From: Eledone cirrhosa
Taxonomy: Eukaryota
Assembly (NCBI GenBank): GCA_964016885.1
Contig: OZ024758.1
Location: 1,054,001 to 1,118,000 of the forward strand
Direction of reading: 5' to 3'
Length of the DNA stretch: 64,000 bases
The notes under the pieces were generated by a model. The model had not been told where the DNA came from, ran no database searches, and saw nothing but the letters and a program-made list of their open reading frames with translations. Shown piece after piece: positions 62,787 through 64,000 of the stretch; within the stretch, counting starts at the first letter, position 1; each line of letters begins with the position of its first letter. Made by a program: the position numbers and the translations under genes.

Positions 62787-63192
62787 TAAACGGAATAGAA
62801 AATGCTGACAAATTGTTCACAGTTGAAAAATGGTTTAATTAGGAATAAAAGAGTATTAGTGATTGTATGGGTTAGTATTCAGTTGTGGTTTTAAGTTTTA
62901 AGTTTTTACCGGTTGCGCATTTCTAAATGCTTTTCAAAAATAATTTGAGATAGAGTGTCCGTGTTGTTTGCTCACGGACACTCTATCTCAAAATTATTTT
63001 TGAAAAGCATTTAGAAATGCGCAACCGGTAAAACTTAAAAACTTAAAACCACAACTGAATACTAACCCATACAATCACTAATACTCTTTATTCCTAATTA
63101 AACCATTTTTCAACTGTGAACAATTTGTCAGCATTTTCTATTCCGTTTACCAATATATAATAACTTGTGTGTTACACCTCTATTCTTTTAAC
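62785..63192 (+). mobile_element. Large hairpin+tail element family F9
   Basis: Near-perfect arms of about 179 bp (62785-62963 / 62973-63151), a 9-nt loop, a tail of about 40 bp, and (TA)n on both sides. Confidence 0.88.

Positions 63193-64000
<808 letters not shown>

Overview
AT-rich, microsatellite-saturated eukaryotic genomic DNA. Its repeat content suggests a cephalopod/octopus, but that is inference only. Nearly all ORFs in the track are translations of (TA)n, (CA)n or (GA)n. The one clear gene signal is a minus-strand exon (7487-8229) of an apterous/Lhx2/9-like LIM-homeobox gene, carrying LIM1 and poly-Asn/poly-His tracts. There is a candidate upstream coding exon at about 12.5 kb, and LIM2 and the homeobox are not seen in the window. 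The rest holds two tRNA-SINE families, CR1/L2-like LINE relics, Tc1/mariner and piggyBac MITEs, minisatellites and kb-scale interrupted (TA)n arrays. The most notable pattern is about ten unrelated families of short (100-400 bp) non-coding elements embedded in (TA)n. They share an inverted arm + sense arm + unpaired tail layout, and several carry hammerhead-ribozyme cores or core variants near the hairpin centre. A decayed Penelope-like RT/GIY-YIG ORF relic is also present. Together these suggest a diverse TA-targeting Penelope-like/hammerhead non-autonomous element system. All coordinates were read by eye and may be off by a few bases.
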